Assembly: GCA_963796965.1 (NCBI GenBank)
Contig: CAWCNS010000011.1
Coordinates: 384,001 to 448,000 of the forward strand
Source: Calditrichia bacterium
Lineage (GTDB): Bacteria > Calditrichota > Calditrichia > JAJRVZ01
Direction of reading: 5' to 3'
DNA: 64,000 nucleotides
Of this stretch, positions 51,398 through 63,123 are shown one piece after another. Position numbers and translations under genes: made by a program. The notes beneath the pieces are model-generated. The model was not told the origin of the DNA. It searched no databases and saw only the letters and a list, made by a program, of their open reading frames with translations. Position 1 is the stretch's first letter. Each line of letters begins with the position of its first letter.

Positions 51398-52423
51398 ATG
51401 AAAAATATCATACTAGATAGAAATGAAAACAATTATGGCCCGGCGTCTGCTTGTCTGGATGTTTTAAAAAATGCAGACAAATCTTTACTCTTCCCCTATA
51501 CAGATGCCTATAAAAGGGGTGTAAAAGGTTTATTGTCAGAAAGATTCGCTTCTGACTTTAAGATTGCAGAGGATAGAATTATTCTTGGATACGGGGCAGA
51601 GGACATTTTAAAACAACTCGTACAATATTTTCTCACCCCCGGGAGCAAGTTAATGATTCCGGCATATTCCTGGTGGTATTATAAAGCAATTGCCAGTGAG
51701 GTCGGTGGAACCAATGTCGAATACCCTCTGCTTAAAGGCGAGAACACTTTCTATTATGATATTGAGAACATGCTTTCCCTGATTAATAAAGAGAAACCAG
51801 CACTTGTGTTTCTTAGCTCCCCTAATAATCCAACGGGCAATTCCATTTCAGATGAGGATTTAGCCACTGTCTTAGATAACCTTAAAAATACAACTATTGC
51901 CCTTGACGAGGCCTATTGGGCTAAGGGAAATAATCAGAGAGTGACCAATCTTGTTGAAAAATATGACAATCTGATTGTGATTCGGACCTTTTCCAAACTT
52001 TTTGCCCTGGCTGGCGTAAGGATTGGCTATGCACTGATCGGTAAAAATTTAAAACCCTTTTACAATATGGCTCAGCGTTACCTGGGGTACAATCTGCTAT
52101 CAGAAAGAATTGCTTTAGCAGCGCTCGATTCACCTGATTATTATCAGGATTTGCATGATAAAATGGAAGCAGATAAGGAACTCTACTATACTGAGTTGGG
52201 TAGCCTTCCCGGATTTACCGTATACCGGTCTGACGCTAATTTTGTTCTGGTCGAAATTCCAGCAGAGATTAAAGAAACATTAAACAGTTATCTAAAAGAA
52301 AAGGGTATCATAATTAAGTTTATGAATGAAGAGATCCTTAACAAGCATTTACGGATCACCATTGGAACCCAGGAAGAGAACCGTATCGTTATTGATGCAA
52401 TAAAAAAATTTATAAATAAGTAG
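51398..52423 (+). CDS. PLP-dependent class I/II aminotransferase-fold enzyme (HisC/CobD-like)
   Basis: LDRNEN, SPNNPTG, DEAY and RTFSKLFALAGVRIGY motifs. Confidence 0.9.
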   Translation: MKNIILDRNENNYGPASACLDVLKNADKSLLFPYTDAYKRGVKGLLSERFASDFKIAEDRIILGYGAEDILKQLVQYFLTPGSKLMIPAYSWWYYKAIASEVGGTNVEYPLLKGENTFYYDIENMLSLINKEKPALVFLSSPNNPTGNSISDEDLATVLDNLKNTTIALDEAYWAKGNNQRVTNLVEKYDNLIVIRTFSKLFALAGVRIGYALIGKNLKPFYNMAQRYLGYNLLSERIALAALDSPDYYQDLHDKMEADKELYYTELGSLPGFTVYRSDANFVLVEIPAEIKETLNSYLKEKGIIIKFMNEEILNKHLRITIGTQEENRIVIDAIKKFINK

Positions 52424-52430
52424 AACTACC

Positions 52431-53309
52431 ATGAATATTATCGAAGAATATAAGAGATCTCTAAAACTAGTTGAAGTTGAAGAGATTATTGACCTCATTT
52501 TTTTTAGGCCTCTTGCAACATTGCTCGTAAAAATAGTTTATCCTACAAATATAACACCAAATCAACTGACCTGGGTAGCCCTGTTTATGGGAATCATCGG
52601 CACATTATTATTTACTGTCGGTACCCCTGCAGCATTTTTAGCCGGTGCGATTTGTTTAATTGTCTACGATTTCTTTGATTGTGCCGATGGTCAATTAGCA
52701 CGACTCAAGGGAACCGGAACGCTAACAGGTCGTATTGTAGATGGTTTTGCCGATTATATCGTTGCCGTTCTAACCTATCTTGGAATTGGCTTCGGCTTTG
52801 CCAGCAATTCCAATGACCCCTTGTTTTGGTGGGTATTGACAGTCTTAGCAGGTTTTAGCAATGCGATACACTCTGTCGCCGTCGATTATTACCGTAATCA
52901 ATTCATGGATTATGCGCTCGAGAGAGACAGTCTTCTGGATGAAGACTTAAATAAGTACAAAGAAGAATATAAGAGATTAGTCGCAGAAAATATCAGATCC
53001 TATGACCGTCTTATAATTTGGTTTTACTTAAAATACTCTGCTTTACAAATAAAATTTTCTTCAGATTCCGGAAATAAAAAGATGGTCCGCTACGATGCCA
53101 AAGATTATTATAAAAAAAACAAAAGAATCCTCCATCTGTGGACCTATATTGGCCCTTCTACAGATCTTACAATAGTCATTGTCTGTGCCCTTTTTAACCG
53201 ATGGGATTTATTTATGATTTGGATGGTCGGTATATCCAATGTATACGCCCTAATTCTGTATTTCTTCCAGCGAAAAATTAACAAAACCATTAAAACAGTT
53301 GGGGTATGA
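52431..53309 (+). CDS. CDP-alcohol phosphotransferase
   Basis: ITPNQLT and DCADGQLAR...GRIVDGFAD signature. Confidence 0.92.
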   Translation: MNIIEEYKRSLKLVEVEEIIDLIFFRPLATLLVKIVYPTNITPNQLTWVALFMGIIGTLLFTVGTPAAFLAGAICLIVYDFFDCADGQLARLKGTGTLTGRIVDGFADYIVAVLTYLGIGFGFASNSNDPLFWWVLTVLAGFSNAIHSVAVDYYRNQFMDYALERDSLLDEDLNKYKEEYKRLVAENIRSYDRLIIWFYLKYSALQIKFSSDSGNKKMVRYDAKDYYKKNKRILHLWTYIGPSTDLTIVIVCALFNRWDLFMIWMVGISNVYALILYFFQRKINKTIKTVGV

Positions 53310-54046
53310 TGAAAGGTATAATTTTAGCTGCCGGTGTTGCTTCCAGATTAAGACCCTTAACCGATAATACGCCAAAATGTCTTCTTCCTGTCGGACAAAA
53401 ATCCATATTGGAACGAACAATTGACAACCTGATTATTAATGGAATCACTGAGTTGATAATTGTGACCGGATATCTGGAAGACATGATTAAATCTTTCGTG
53501 GTTAAAAATTATCCGGATTTGAAGGTACATTTTGTTTTTAACGCGCGATACGATTCTACCAATAATGTATATTCTCTGTGGTTAGCGAAAAATCTAATCG
53601 CTGAATCTGACATAATTCTCATGGATAGTGATATAATTTTTGATCACAGAATTATTAAACTTCTGATGGATAAAGCGACTAAAAATCGACTTGCAGTGCG
53701 ATTTGAGGACAATATGGGTGAAGAAGAAATGAAAGTACTTATTACGGCAGATAACCATATAAAATCTATCAGCAAAGATATTAATCCAGCAGAAGCTGCT
53801 GGTGAGTCCATGGGTATGGCAAAATTTGACTGCGAATTCGTAGCCGAACTATTAAAGATCATTGAGAGAAGAATTTTCGAGGAAGGCCTTGAAAATGAAT
53901 TTTATGAGGCTGCTTTTCAGGAGGCGATTGATAATGGGGCAGACCTTTACGCTGTTGATATCAAGGACTACCGGTGTGTAGAAATTGATACCGTAGAAGA
54001 TATTGACCACGCCAGAAACGAAGTTGTTACTAAAATGGATTCGTGA
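53306..54046 (+). CDS. NTP transferase, phosphocholine/phosphonate cytidylyltransferase (LicC-like)
   Basis: ILAAGVASRL, PKCLL, TNNVYSL, EEEMKV, GESMG and EIDTVED motifs. Confidence 0.88.
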   Translation: MMKGIILAAGVASRLRPLTDNTPKCLLPVGQKSILERTIDNLIINGITELIIVTGYLEDMIKSFVVKNYPDLKVHFVFNARYDSTNNVYSLWLAKNLIAESDIILMDSDIIFDHRIIKLLMDKATKNRLAVRFEDNMGEEEMKVLITADNHIKSISKDINPAEAAGESMGMAKFDCEFVAELLKIIERRIFEEGLENEFYEAAFQEAIDNGADLYAVDIKDYRCVEIDTVEDIDHARNEVVTKMDS

Positions 54047-54094
54047 TACGAGAATTGGGATATGGGATACGGGATAGGATCGGGATATGGGATA

Positions 54095-54349
54095 ATGTTT
54101 ACAATTTTGTTTATACAGAGACTTTGTCTATTTTCTAATAATCTACTTAATTATTTGTCTGATTTTCAACCACTAAGTAGGCTAAGCCCCGATATAAAGA
54201 TCTACACGATGTAGATCTTTCGGGATGAAATCTTCCATCCCGACTTTAGTCGGGAAAAGGCACAAAGTACACAAAGAGAAATTTCTTAATAAAAACTTTG
54301 TGTTCTTTGTGGTAAATCTTTTATCTTTTTTCAAATCTGAATGGCCAGA
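54095..54349. mobile_element. Dispersed non-coding element, copy 1, with a 70-bp nested palindromic insert (54187-54256)
   Basis: Aligns end to end with 60791-61013; lies between convergent genes. Confidence 0.7.
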
Positions 54350-54399
54350 TATCATCACCCGCCAATTTATAATTCTCAATTAAAAATTTACAATTGTTT

Positions 54400-55203
54400 C
54401 TAGGTTCTATCCGCATCCTCATATCCGGTCAGATCAAAATTTATTTCATCCAAACCCATCAGACTCTGTAGAAAGCCTGTAATTCCCGAACCTTCCAGAT
54501 CAGCATGAAACTTAACAACACCAATCTCCGGCGCAAGCCACTCTGTAACCGTATTTCGTGAACCCATCTCTGATTCAATATGCATCGTTATCTTCAAACA
54601 TTTTAGTTCACCCATTGGGGTTACGATTATTTCTTCTCCCACAGCCTCACCTTTGATGGTTAACTTACCCGTATCACTACCTGCGGTTTCAAGACCTTCC
54701 CATTCCCAGGAACTACCCACTTCTAACGGAAGAGGTAGCCTTAGAACCGGCTCTGGATAGGTCACTTTTGAGCCAAAAAACAAAAAGGCACTGGTTTCAG
54801 TTCTGGTTAGATATATGCCATCCTTCCCCTTAAAAAACTGTTGTTCATAAGTTATGCTTCCAGCATTATAGGTAAGAACCAACTCATCATCTACTTCACT
54901 TACTTCTGCTTCAGTGTCTCCGGCATTTGAATCATAATTATATAATACATCTCGTTTTAAGGGAAAATATTCAAACCCAAATGACTTATTATCCGTAGAT
55001 TCAAGTGCTGTTTCTGGCGATACTTCCTCATTTTCAATAATGTCTCCGGAATTCTCAGATGAAGTATCTCCGGAAAGTGAGGCATCCTCATTAGAATCCA
55101 GTATACCTGAATTGGCATAAAGATGAATGGACTCATTCTCCTGTGCAGATATTGTCAAAATCATGATCATCATCATAACAAACGCTACCATTACCGTTTT
55201 CAT
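54400..55203 (-). CDS. Hypothetical exported protein
   Basis: Signal peptide ISA-Q, acidic linker, YFPL..., LEVGSSW, VTPMG and EWLAPEIGVVK. Confidence 0.7.
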   Translation of the reverse strand: MKTVMVAFVMMMIMILTISAQENESIHLYANSGILDSNEDASLSGDTSSENSGDIIENEEVSPETALESTDNKSFGFEYFPLKRDVLYNYDSNAGDTEAEVSEVDDELVLTYNAGSITYEQQFFKGKDGIYLTRTETSAFLFFGSKVTYPEPVLRLPLPLEVGSSWEWEGLETAGSDTGKLTIKGEAVGEEIIVTPMGELKCLKITMHIESEMGSRNTVTEWLAPEIGVVKFHADLEGSGITGFLQSLMGLDEINFDLTGYEDADRT

Positions 55204-55549
55204 TTTTCAAATCTCCATTTCCGATTTATTCCTAAACTAACCGTGTAGGCGAGGGATAATTCCCTCCATCCCTTCCTCATTTCTTCACATTTTCTAATAT
55301 CAACTTCCCTTCCCGAAACGCAGTATTTGGCAAAAATGTTCCCGATTTTAAATATCAACCAGGGTTTTTGCACATGGTTTCGGGTACAATTTAATTTCTT
55401 ACACTATGAGATTAGATGACACGAGATTGAAAAAGTTTCTTAATAGGTATGGAATTTCCGTTCTTTTTCCCACGTTTTTTGACATCATGAATATTTTTTC
55501 TGACAATGATTTTAACTATATTATAGAAATCTATAAAGAGGCCTTGCAT

Positions 55550-58131
55550 ATGAACTTAGCTTCCCCCTATCATCAAAAATTATAATATTCCTTTTCATAA
55601 TTATTTTTAGCCTCACTTCAACAGAAATGTATGCGCAGGAGCAAGAAAAACAGCCCCCTGCCCCGGAACCAATACCTACCGCGGATATTTTCCAAGAGAC
55701 TGAAAATGTTGCAAAGATTCTTGATAAGTCGGCCGATCTTCTTCTTCCTCAGGAAGACATTACACGAATTGCTGAAGGTCTCCCCGACTACTTTAAAGAG
55801 TTAGACCAACTTAACAAAGAAATGGATTTAAAAAGTTTGGAGCGGTTCGGCTCGAGTAGGCTAACCGATCTGGAACAAAGTTGGAAGTTGCACCATGAAA
55901 AACTGTCTCAATGGCAGGAACAACTGGCCAAACAATCAAATTTATTAGATTCAGAACGTAAAAAGTTAGAGTCATTAAAAAATGTATTGATCATTACTCT
56001 CGAAAATGCAAAAAATGAGAAAGCCCCGGCAGAGGTCTTACAGAGAATTGAGCAGATAATCCTAAGGCTCACGAGCACTGACAAAAAAATCAAAAAAGAG
56101 TTTGGTCATGTCATGGCTGTTCAGAATCGCATATCTATTAAGATTAGCGAAATCGATAAAACGCTTGCACTTGTCGGGGAGAAGATTGCCGAGAAAAAAG
56201 CAGAGGCTTTCACCATTGATTCAGAACCTCTTTGGAAAATCTCTAAGGGGAATATGGATGAAAGAGGTTTACGTCACCGTATTTCTCAAACAATCAAGGC
56301 CCATACAGAAAAATTCAATGAATTTTATCTAAACTTTGCGGATAGAGTAATGAATCATCTGATCATTTTCCTCCTTCTTCTGGGGACATTATTCATTCTG
56401 CGAAATTTTGGCAATAAACTAATTGTTGACAAAGACGCCGCAGAAATATCACGTGAGATTCTCAACCATCCCTTTTCAGTTGCCGTTTTTGTTTCCTTGC
56501 TTTTGACATCACAAATGTATCCCCAGGCCCCTAGTCTTATTTCAAGACTTGCCCAACTTGCCAGCCTTGTCCCTATTTTAAGATTGTTTCCGATTCTTAC
56601 TATCCCAAAGATAAAAACAAACCTGCTCATATTTATAGGACTATATTTACTCAATCTGATATATGTACTCTCCCCGGAACATACACTAACACATAGATTT
56701 TTATTGTTACTTATCTCATTACTCTCTATTCTTTTCTTTGGTTGGATCGCTAAAAACAAAAGTATTAAGAGCCTGAGTGACGAGGATTCTATTGTTAAGT
56801 ATATTGCATATATGATAAGATTTACTATTCCCTTGATGGTTATAGCTGTCCTGGCAAATATTTTGGGCAATGTGATTTTAGCATCCATTCTTACAGTAGG
56901 GTCATTAACCAGTATTTATGCTGCAATTATGCTAATCGCTGCCAGTCTGGTAATAATAAGTCTTCTTAATTTATTAATGAGTACGAAAATTGCTTTTTTC
57001 TCCCGAATTATCCGTGTCCATTCTAAGTTACTTTTAGAGAAATTGTCAAAATTTATACAACTGATTGCCGTACTATTTTGGATTCGAATAACCTTAAAAC
57101 AATTTAATTTATTTGATTTGTTCAAAGAGTGGCTAACAGGGTTCTTTTCTGAGCGCCTGCAGGTTGGGACGGTTGATATCTCATTTGGAGATTTCGTCGT
57201 ATTTTTCCTGGCAATTTACGCCTCGATAATCATATCCCGTTTTATCCGCTTTATTTTACAAGAAGATATTCTTGTGCGTATGCGTCTGCCAAGGGGTGTA
57301 CCCGCTGCCGTATCCATGTTGGCCAATTATTCCATCATAGGTTTAGGATTTATGATTGCTCTTTCTGCAGCTGGTTTTGATCTAAACCGCTTTGCCATCC
57401 TTCTTGGTGCTCTGGGGGTAGGTATTGGCTTTGGTCTTCAGAATATTGTAAACAATTTTATATCCGGATTAATTCTCATATTCGAACGGCCGATTCAGGT
57501 TGGTGATGTGGTGGAATTAACCAATCTTATTGGCAATGTAAAAAGGATTGGTATCAGATCAAGTACGATTCGAACTTTTGATGGTTCGGAAGTGATCGTT
57601 CCCAATGGGAACCTGGTTTCTAATGAAGTGACTAACTGGACTTTATCTGATAAACTTAGAAGAATTCAGATTAATGTTGGAACCGCGTATGGTTCAAATC
57701 CTGAGCACGTTTTAAAGATTCTCAGAAATATAATCAACAATCACCCTGAAGTTCTAGAACAACCTGAACCGATGATACTTTTCCAGGAATTTGGTGATAG
57801 CTCATTGAATTTTAATATAAGATTTTGGACCGCTACACCTGAAACCTGGCTGCAGCTCCGAAGCGAAATATCTGTAGATATATTCAGGATGTTTAAAGAA
57901 AACAATATTGAGATACCTTTTCCACAAAGAGATCTTCATTTAAAATCAGCTGATCCATCTATTTTGAATCCAATTTCAGATAAAAAAGGAAATGCTACAT
58001 CAAAAGGGATTGATAAAGGTAATAAATCTGTAAAATCGACCACCCTTACTACCCGTTCAGCAAAAAAATCAGCAAAAAAGAGACCAGATACATCAATAGA
58101 AAATATGGATGGATTTGTTTCCGATGAGTAG
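55550..58131 (+). CDS. Large MscS-family mechanosensitive channel (MscK/MscM-like); frameshift at the C-run near 55565
   Basis: GALGVGIGFGLQNIVNNFISGLILIFERPIQVGD, VPN and IPFPQRD motifs; one extra C joins ATG 55550 to signal peptide KIIIFLFIIIFSLTSTEMYA. Confidence 0.9.
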
Positions 58132-58217
58132 CTATTGTGTTTAATTCAGTCAGAAACAACTAAAGTTATGTCTGTTTTTGTGGTTAAATTCTTTTAAAAT
58201 AATAACAAATAACAACC

Positions 58218-59721
58218 ATGGAACAAAACGAAATATACCAGGAGATTGTTGAAATTTCCAATGAAGCGATCTTCCTCGAACAGGACTCTCTGTTAGTATT
58301 CGCAAACAGGAAAACATTAGAATTGTTCGAATTAGAATCTACTGATATTGGTCAGATATCCTGGCGCGATTTTTTGTCTGCCGATAGATCTGGAAATATA
58401 GCAGATTCCGCTTCTAATGACATATCAGGATCTGATTATCAAAAAATTCAGATTAGAGCAAAGTCCGGGCAGTACAAATGGATAGAGCTCCGCCACATGC
58501 CATTGAGATGGGAGGAAAAATCAGCCATCCTCTTTTTTGCAAGGGATATAACACAACAAAAATCTCTTGAAAAAAGGCTACAGATCGCCCAAAAAATGGA
58601 AGCGATTGGAACTCTCGCTGGCGGAATTGCCCATGATTTCAACAATATACTTTCCCCCATTCTTGGCTATACAGAGTTGACAATGGACGAAATAGATCAG
58701 CAATCTCTTGCCTATGCTAATCTTAGTCAGGTTTATAAAGCGACAAAGAGGGCAAAAGATTTGGTACAACAAATTTTAGCCTTTAGCAGACAAACAGAAG
58801 TGGCTTCCAAGCCGGTTAAAATTCATCTTATTGTAATGGAAGCTTTGAAATTACTTCGTGCCTCAATTCCTTCTAACATTGAGTTTAAATTAAATATTGA
58901 CGAGAATTGTCCTCCCGTGATGGCTGATCCCACCCAAATTCATCAAATCGTCTTAAACTTATGCTCAAATGCCTACCATGCCATGCAGAATATGAGTGGG
59001 ATTCTTAACATAAAGGTACAAGAAAGTATTTTGACAAATGATCAGATAACCCAGTTCATCACTATACCGGCAGGCACCTATGTTCAAATTGAGGTCAGTG
59101 ATACGGGACAGGGGATGAAACCATCCGTGATGGAGAGAATTTTTGAACCGTTTTTTACAACAAAAGAAAAGGGTCAGGGGACCGGTATGGGTTTGTCAGT
59201 GGTCCATGGTATTGTAAGAGAACATGATGGCTATATCAACGTCCAAAGTGATCCAGGAAGAGGAACACACTTTCAGATTTATCTCCCTGTTATCAAAACC
59301 GATAGTTTTCAAGCTGGAACCAGGTTCTATGGAGAACATCCCTGGGGGATCAGAACATATATTTTTGGTCGACGATGAAAAGGACATTGTATTTATGGTC
59401 CAACAAATGTTGGAAGTATTAGGATATGAAGTAAGCAGCAGGACCAGCAGCGTAGAGGCATTACAGGCTTTTGAGAATCAACCCAATAAGTATGATCTGG
59501 TAATTACCGATCAAATTATGCCAAATTTACCCGGTGATGTACTGGCCCGTCGAATTAAAGAAATTCGTCCTGATTTACCAGTAATTCTGTGCACTGGATT
59601 TAGCGAATACCACGATAAAGAAAAACTAGCTGCAAATGGCATAACTGACGTTGTTTTAAAACCCGTCTTAAAAAATGATCTGGCCAAAGCCATAAGACGA
59701 GCACTCGATACGACCACATGA
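58218..59721 (+). CDS. PAS hybrid histidine kinase (CckA-like HisKA-HATPase-REC), frameshift near 59300-59330
   Basis: QKMEAIGTLAGGIAHDFNNIL, EPFFTTK and GTGMGL; receiver LVDDE...ITDQIMP in the next frame. Confidence 0.9.
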
Positions 59722-60224
59722 AACAGCAATTTAACAAACTTTTTTATCTCCCCGGTTATTATTTAAGCAGCATTGCACTTGCAGGACTCGCCATTCTAAT
59801 GATTTATAGTGGATTTAAGGGAGATCAAATCTATCAAGATATTCATAAACAAATTGCCGGAATTGATTATAAAGAGAATCAGACCATTTGTTTGAGTTTT
59901 ATTAAAATTGAAAAATTTGATGGTACGGATGCAGTAGCCAGGGATCGCAGGATGAATACCTTTTATCTACAAATTGATAAATCCATGGCAATTAAAAAAG
60001 GAGAGACCTACTCATTTACTGGTCTTATTATGCCATCAGGTAAGATAAAAGTTACAGAATTTCAAATTCATCGTTATAGAAAAGAAAAATATATCTTTTC
60101 CAGTTTATCCTTTATCGTCGTCTTTTTCCTGATTTTCAAATATTTTCGACTCGATAAGCAAGGAATCTTTTTGATTAAACCAAGGGACAATAAATTCGAA
60201 GATAATTATAATAATCACTCTTAA
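59718..60224 (+). CDS. Hypothetical two-TM membrane protein with a small soluble beta domain
   Basis: N- and C-terminal TMs; overlaps the kinase stop. Confidence 0.65.
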   Translation: MKQQFNKLFYLPGYYLSSIALAGLAILMIYSGFKGDQIYQDIHKQIAGIDYKENQTICLSFIKIEKFDGTDAVARDRRMNTFYLQIDKSMAIKKGETYSFTGLIMPSGKIKVTEFQIHRYRKEKYIFSSLSFIVVFFLIFKYFRLDKQGIFLIKPRDNKFEDNYNNHS

Positions 60225-60237
60225 CCCATAATGCCAA

Positions 60238-60711
60238 TTGCCTGATACCTTTACCCATATTATCATCCCCGGAATCTTGAAGCGTTATATTAAAGCGCCA
60301 TTGATTGTACCGCTAGTACTTATAGGTACGGTTACGCCGGATTATCTTCGAGAGATTTGTATCCTTTTTTTACCACTTGATTGGTATTCAGCTGTCATGG
60401 TATTTCATTCTTTTCCCGGTGCTATATTTTCCAGTTTGTTTTTTAGTTCATTTTTTCATGTCGGGCTAAGAAAAAGTGTTTTTGTAAGTCTTCTGATTGG
60501 TCATCTCATACATTTTCTTTTTGATTCTATTCTTTTTTATCAATGTGGTGGGCCGCTTTATTTGTTTTTACCCTATTGGAAATCTTATTCCTTTGCCTTC
60601 ATTCCGGAGACCGATTGGATCTATATATTTTATCTAAGCATTGTCCTTATGATAGTCTATGTCATTGTAATAGGATTTCAGAAACTTAGTCATAGATCAA
60701 GAAATAGTTAA
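60238..60711 (+). CDS. Membrane-bound metal-dependent hydrolase (YdjM/DUF457-like)
   Basis: TH, G-xx-x-PD, FHS and GHLIHFLFD motifs; TTG start. Confidence 0.72.
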   Translation: MPDTFTHIIIPGILKRYIKAPLIVPLVLIGTVTPDYLREICILFLPLDWYSAVMVFHSFPGAIFSSLFFSSFFHVGLRKSVFVSLLIGHLIHFLFDSILFYQCGGPLYLFLPYWKSYSFAFIPETDWIYIFYLSIVLMIVYVIVIGFQKLSHRSRNS

Positions 60712-60790
60712 GACACCTTTCGATAGGGATCAAATAGGCACTCTGAAATTATTTATAATCTATCCCACCTACGGTAGGATATGCTAAAAT

Positions 60791-61013
60791 ATGTTTACGA
60801 TTTTATTTATCTATAGACTTTATTTATTTCTAAAAGTCTACTTAATTGTCTATCTGATTTTTGACCACTAAGTACGCCAAGAAGGCACATAGTACATAAA
60901 GAAAAATTTCTTAATAAAAACTTTGTGATCTTAGTGCCTTTAAAATCTTGTCCCATAGGCATCCCTATGGGAGTGGTAAATCTTTGACTTTTTTTCAAAT
61001 CTGAGTGGCCAGA
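60791..61013. mobile_element. Dispersed non-coding element, copy 2, with nested palindrome tcccatagg-catc-cctatggga (60951-60972)
   Basis: Aligns end to end with 54095-54349; lies between convergent genes. Confidence 0.7.
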
Positions 61014-61055
61014 AGCCGTCCGGCCCGGAGGGCCTACTAGGTTCTGTGTGGTTAA

Positions 61056-61827
61056 CTAATCTACCCGCCTTGAGCGAACCCCAAAATCCACATTATCTTT
61101 AACCCAGGCGAAAAAATACTCTTGTTTATCAATTTCTTTTTCAGGTAAAAGTATATCCGGATCTTTCCAGGAGATTAATACTTCTGCATCCTGAGTCCAG
61201 ACTTTAACTCTTCTTCGTTTTACTTTCGTAGACCAATCTCGACCAACAACAGCATTGGTATACAATAAACGTATGGTAACATTCCTTGCCAACCTTTCCA
61301 GCGGCTCTACATGTATACTTCCAAAATCTTTACCACCTTCTTTTTTGACATCAGGTATACCGTCACTCAACATAACCACTGAAATGGGTCTGAGGACCAG
61401 ATTCTTGCTTTTCACAATATGAGCCACTTGTTCAAAAAAGGCATTATAATCCGTAAATGGATTTGAGACCTTTTTGGGAAATATTTCGGTTAGCTTTTCT
61501 CTGATTTCTGATATCGATTTATTCTTAAAACTCTGAATTGGAAAAAATGTTTTTGGTTCGTTTGCCTTTGCACCTCCAATCGAACTGACAAACAACACAT
61601 TCGGTACATCTAGTTCCGCCTAGCCCATTCATGTGGCTGTAAATATAATGTGCTAAGAAATCAAGGGAATCATCAAAATACTTTGTGTTTTTAAATGATC
61701 CGCTGATATCGACGCCTATAAACATAGAAAGTCTTGGTTTGGAGTTTTCCATGCTCATATTACAGGATGCGACCAGGAATATCAGCAAGATTACTACTAG
61801 GGTTTTAGAAATGAATCTAGCCATCAT
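61056..61827 (-). CDS. vWA-like (MIDAS) lipoprotein, frameshift near 61613
   Basis: Lipobox VASC; GVDISGS, FTDY and VMLSDG motifs; ORFs 61525..61827 and 61056..61598 join as GLGGLDVPNVLFVSSIG. Confidence 0.78.
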
Positions 61828-63072
61828 GCATTCTCCTTCATTGCATAGATATGATTGGCAGGTTTGTTTGACTGCATTATTTTCTCAAACAGAGCTTTTG
61901 AGTCAAGCACTTCTGCAAAGTTTTTTAGGGGTAACTCAAATAAATGATTTCCACTAATGAGAAGTACACAAAAATTGATTGCAGCAGCAACAACCTGAAG
62001 TGGGGGCAGCATAAGTGCCTGTAATAATTCTTCCCCTTTTGCCTGAATCCATGCATTATTTTCTTTCAGCGATTCCATATATCCGTTTGAATATGAAAGT
62101 TTGGGTTGTTGCCCCTGTGTTTCCCTACCTTCTGGTAATTTTATCTGTTGTCCCTGGATGATCTTCATCAAGGTTGGCGTACCATGGGCAGCAAAAAGGA
62201 ACCAGGATAAGCTGACGAATTCCAAACCAGGCAAAGCAGGATATGGCTAACGTCCAAAAGATACCCAATTCAAAATTTTCTGAATATTGTGCGAACCATG
62301 GTACCAACGCGTCCACAAACTCGCGGTATAAAAACACCACCTCAACAGAAAGGACGATGATTTCAATAACACCGATACCAATAATCGCAGATATATCCTT
62401 TTTTTTCATCGCCTCAACGAATGTGGAAAGAACAGCATAACTACCCAAGACAATAAATGACATGAATATAAATAAAGGAATCCGTATCATATTCTCAGCG
62501 AATTGTTCACCGGTGATATTTGAAAATGTATCAATTACCAGAGGTGTTGTAACATAAGTAAAAATAACAGCCTCAATAGCACACCAAAAAAGCGTTAGAG
62601 CGACAGCTATCCATGGAATAGGTGAGCGGCTAACAGATTGGGTCATTCGTCCAATTAACCTGAATGGCAAGAAGATAATTTCCTGAATTAATGACCATAG
62701 GCTCAAAACAAGAATTCTTAACATCCCTGAAAATGACACAAAAAATCGGAAGATAAAGTTTACAATCCCTCCCCAGAATGAGACCACGGCCTTTCCCAAA
62801 TCCCACCAGGTAATTATCAGGGTGGTTATGAATTGTCGTCTGTTTTGCCTGAACAAAACAGTTAAGAAAGAGGCAATGCTCAACCAACAGGCTAAGATGA
62901 TGGCAAGAACGGGAAGAAGGATGAATAATCTTTTCAATGTCATGATCCAAAATGGATCATTGAGTCCCCAGGCGAACTGTAGAAATTGTGCTTGAAAATG
63001 CAAGGGAAATAACACGATCGATAAGATGAGATTAACTAAACTACTGGTACTGGCAAACATTTTTTTCTCCAA
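61824..63072 (-). CDS. Uncharacterised polytopic membrane protein, frameshift near 62215
   Basis: ORFs 62125..63072 and 61824..62234 join at GIR-SLSWFLF; many hydrophobic segments; overlaps the vWA gene start. Confidence 0.75.
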
Positions 63073-63123
63073 TCAGTGAATCTTAATTTCGATAATTTCT
63101 GTTTCACGTTTTATACAAATGGA

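Noticed and set aside
51398..52423. hisC assignment
   Set aside because: The fold fits, but the context is lipid/nucleotidyl transfer with no his genes, so no symbol was given.
54182..54379. Similar short ORFs at 54182, 60807 and 40261 as a peptide family
   Set aside because: Their similarity comes from translating the non-coding repeat elements, and their starts and ends do not correspond.
57688..57703. tRNA T-arm-like GGTTCAAATCC
   Set aside because: It lies inside the MscS coding frame with no cloverleaf around it.
4500..62230. Programmed ribosomal frameshifting as the explanation for split genes
   Set aside because: The breaks affect unrelated families, go in both directions and share no slippery site or stimulator.
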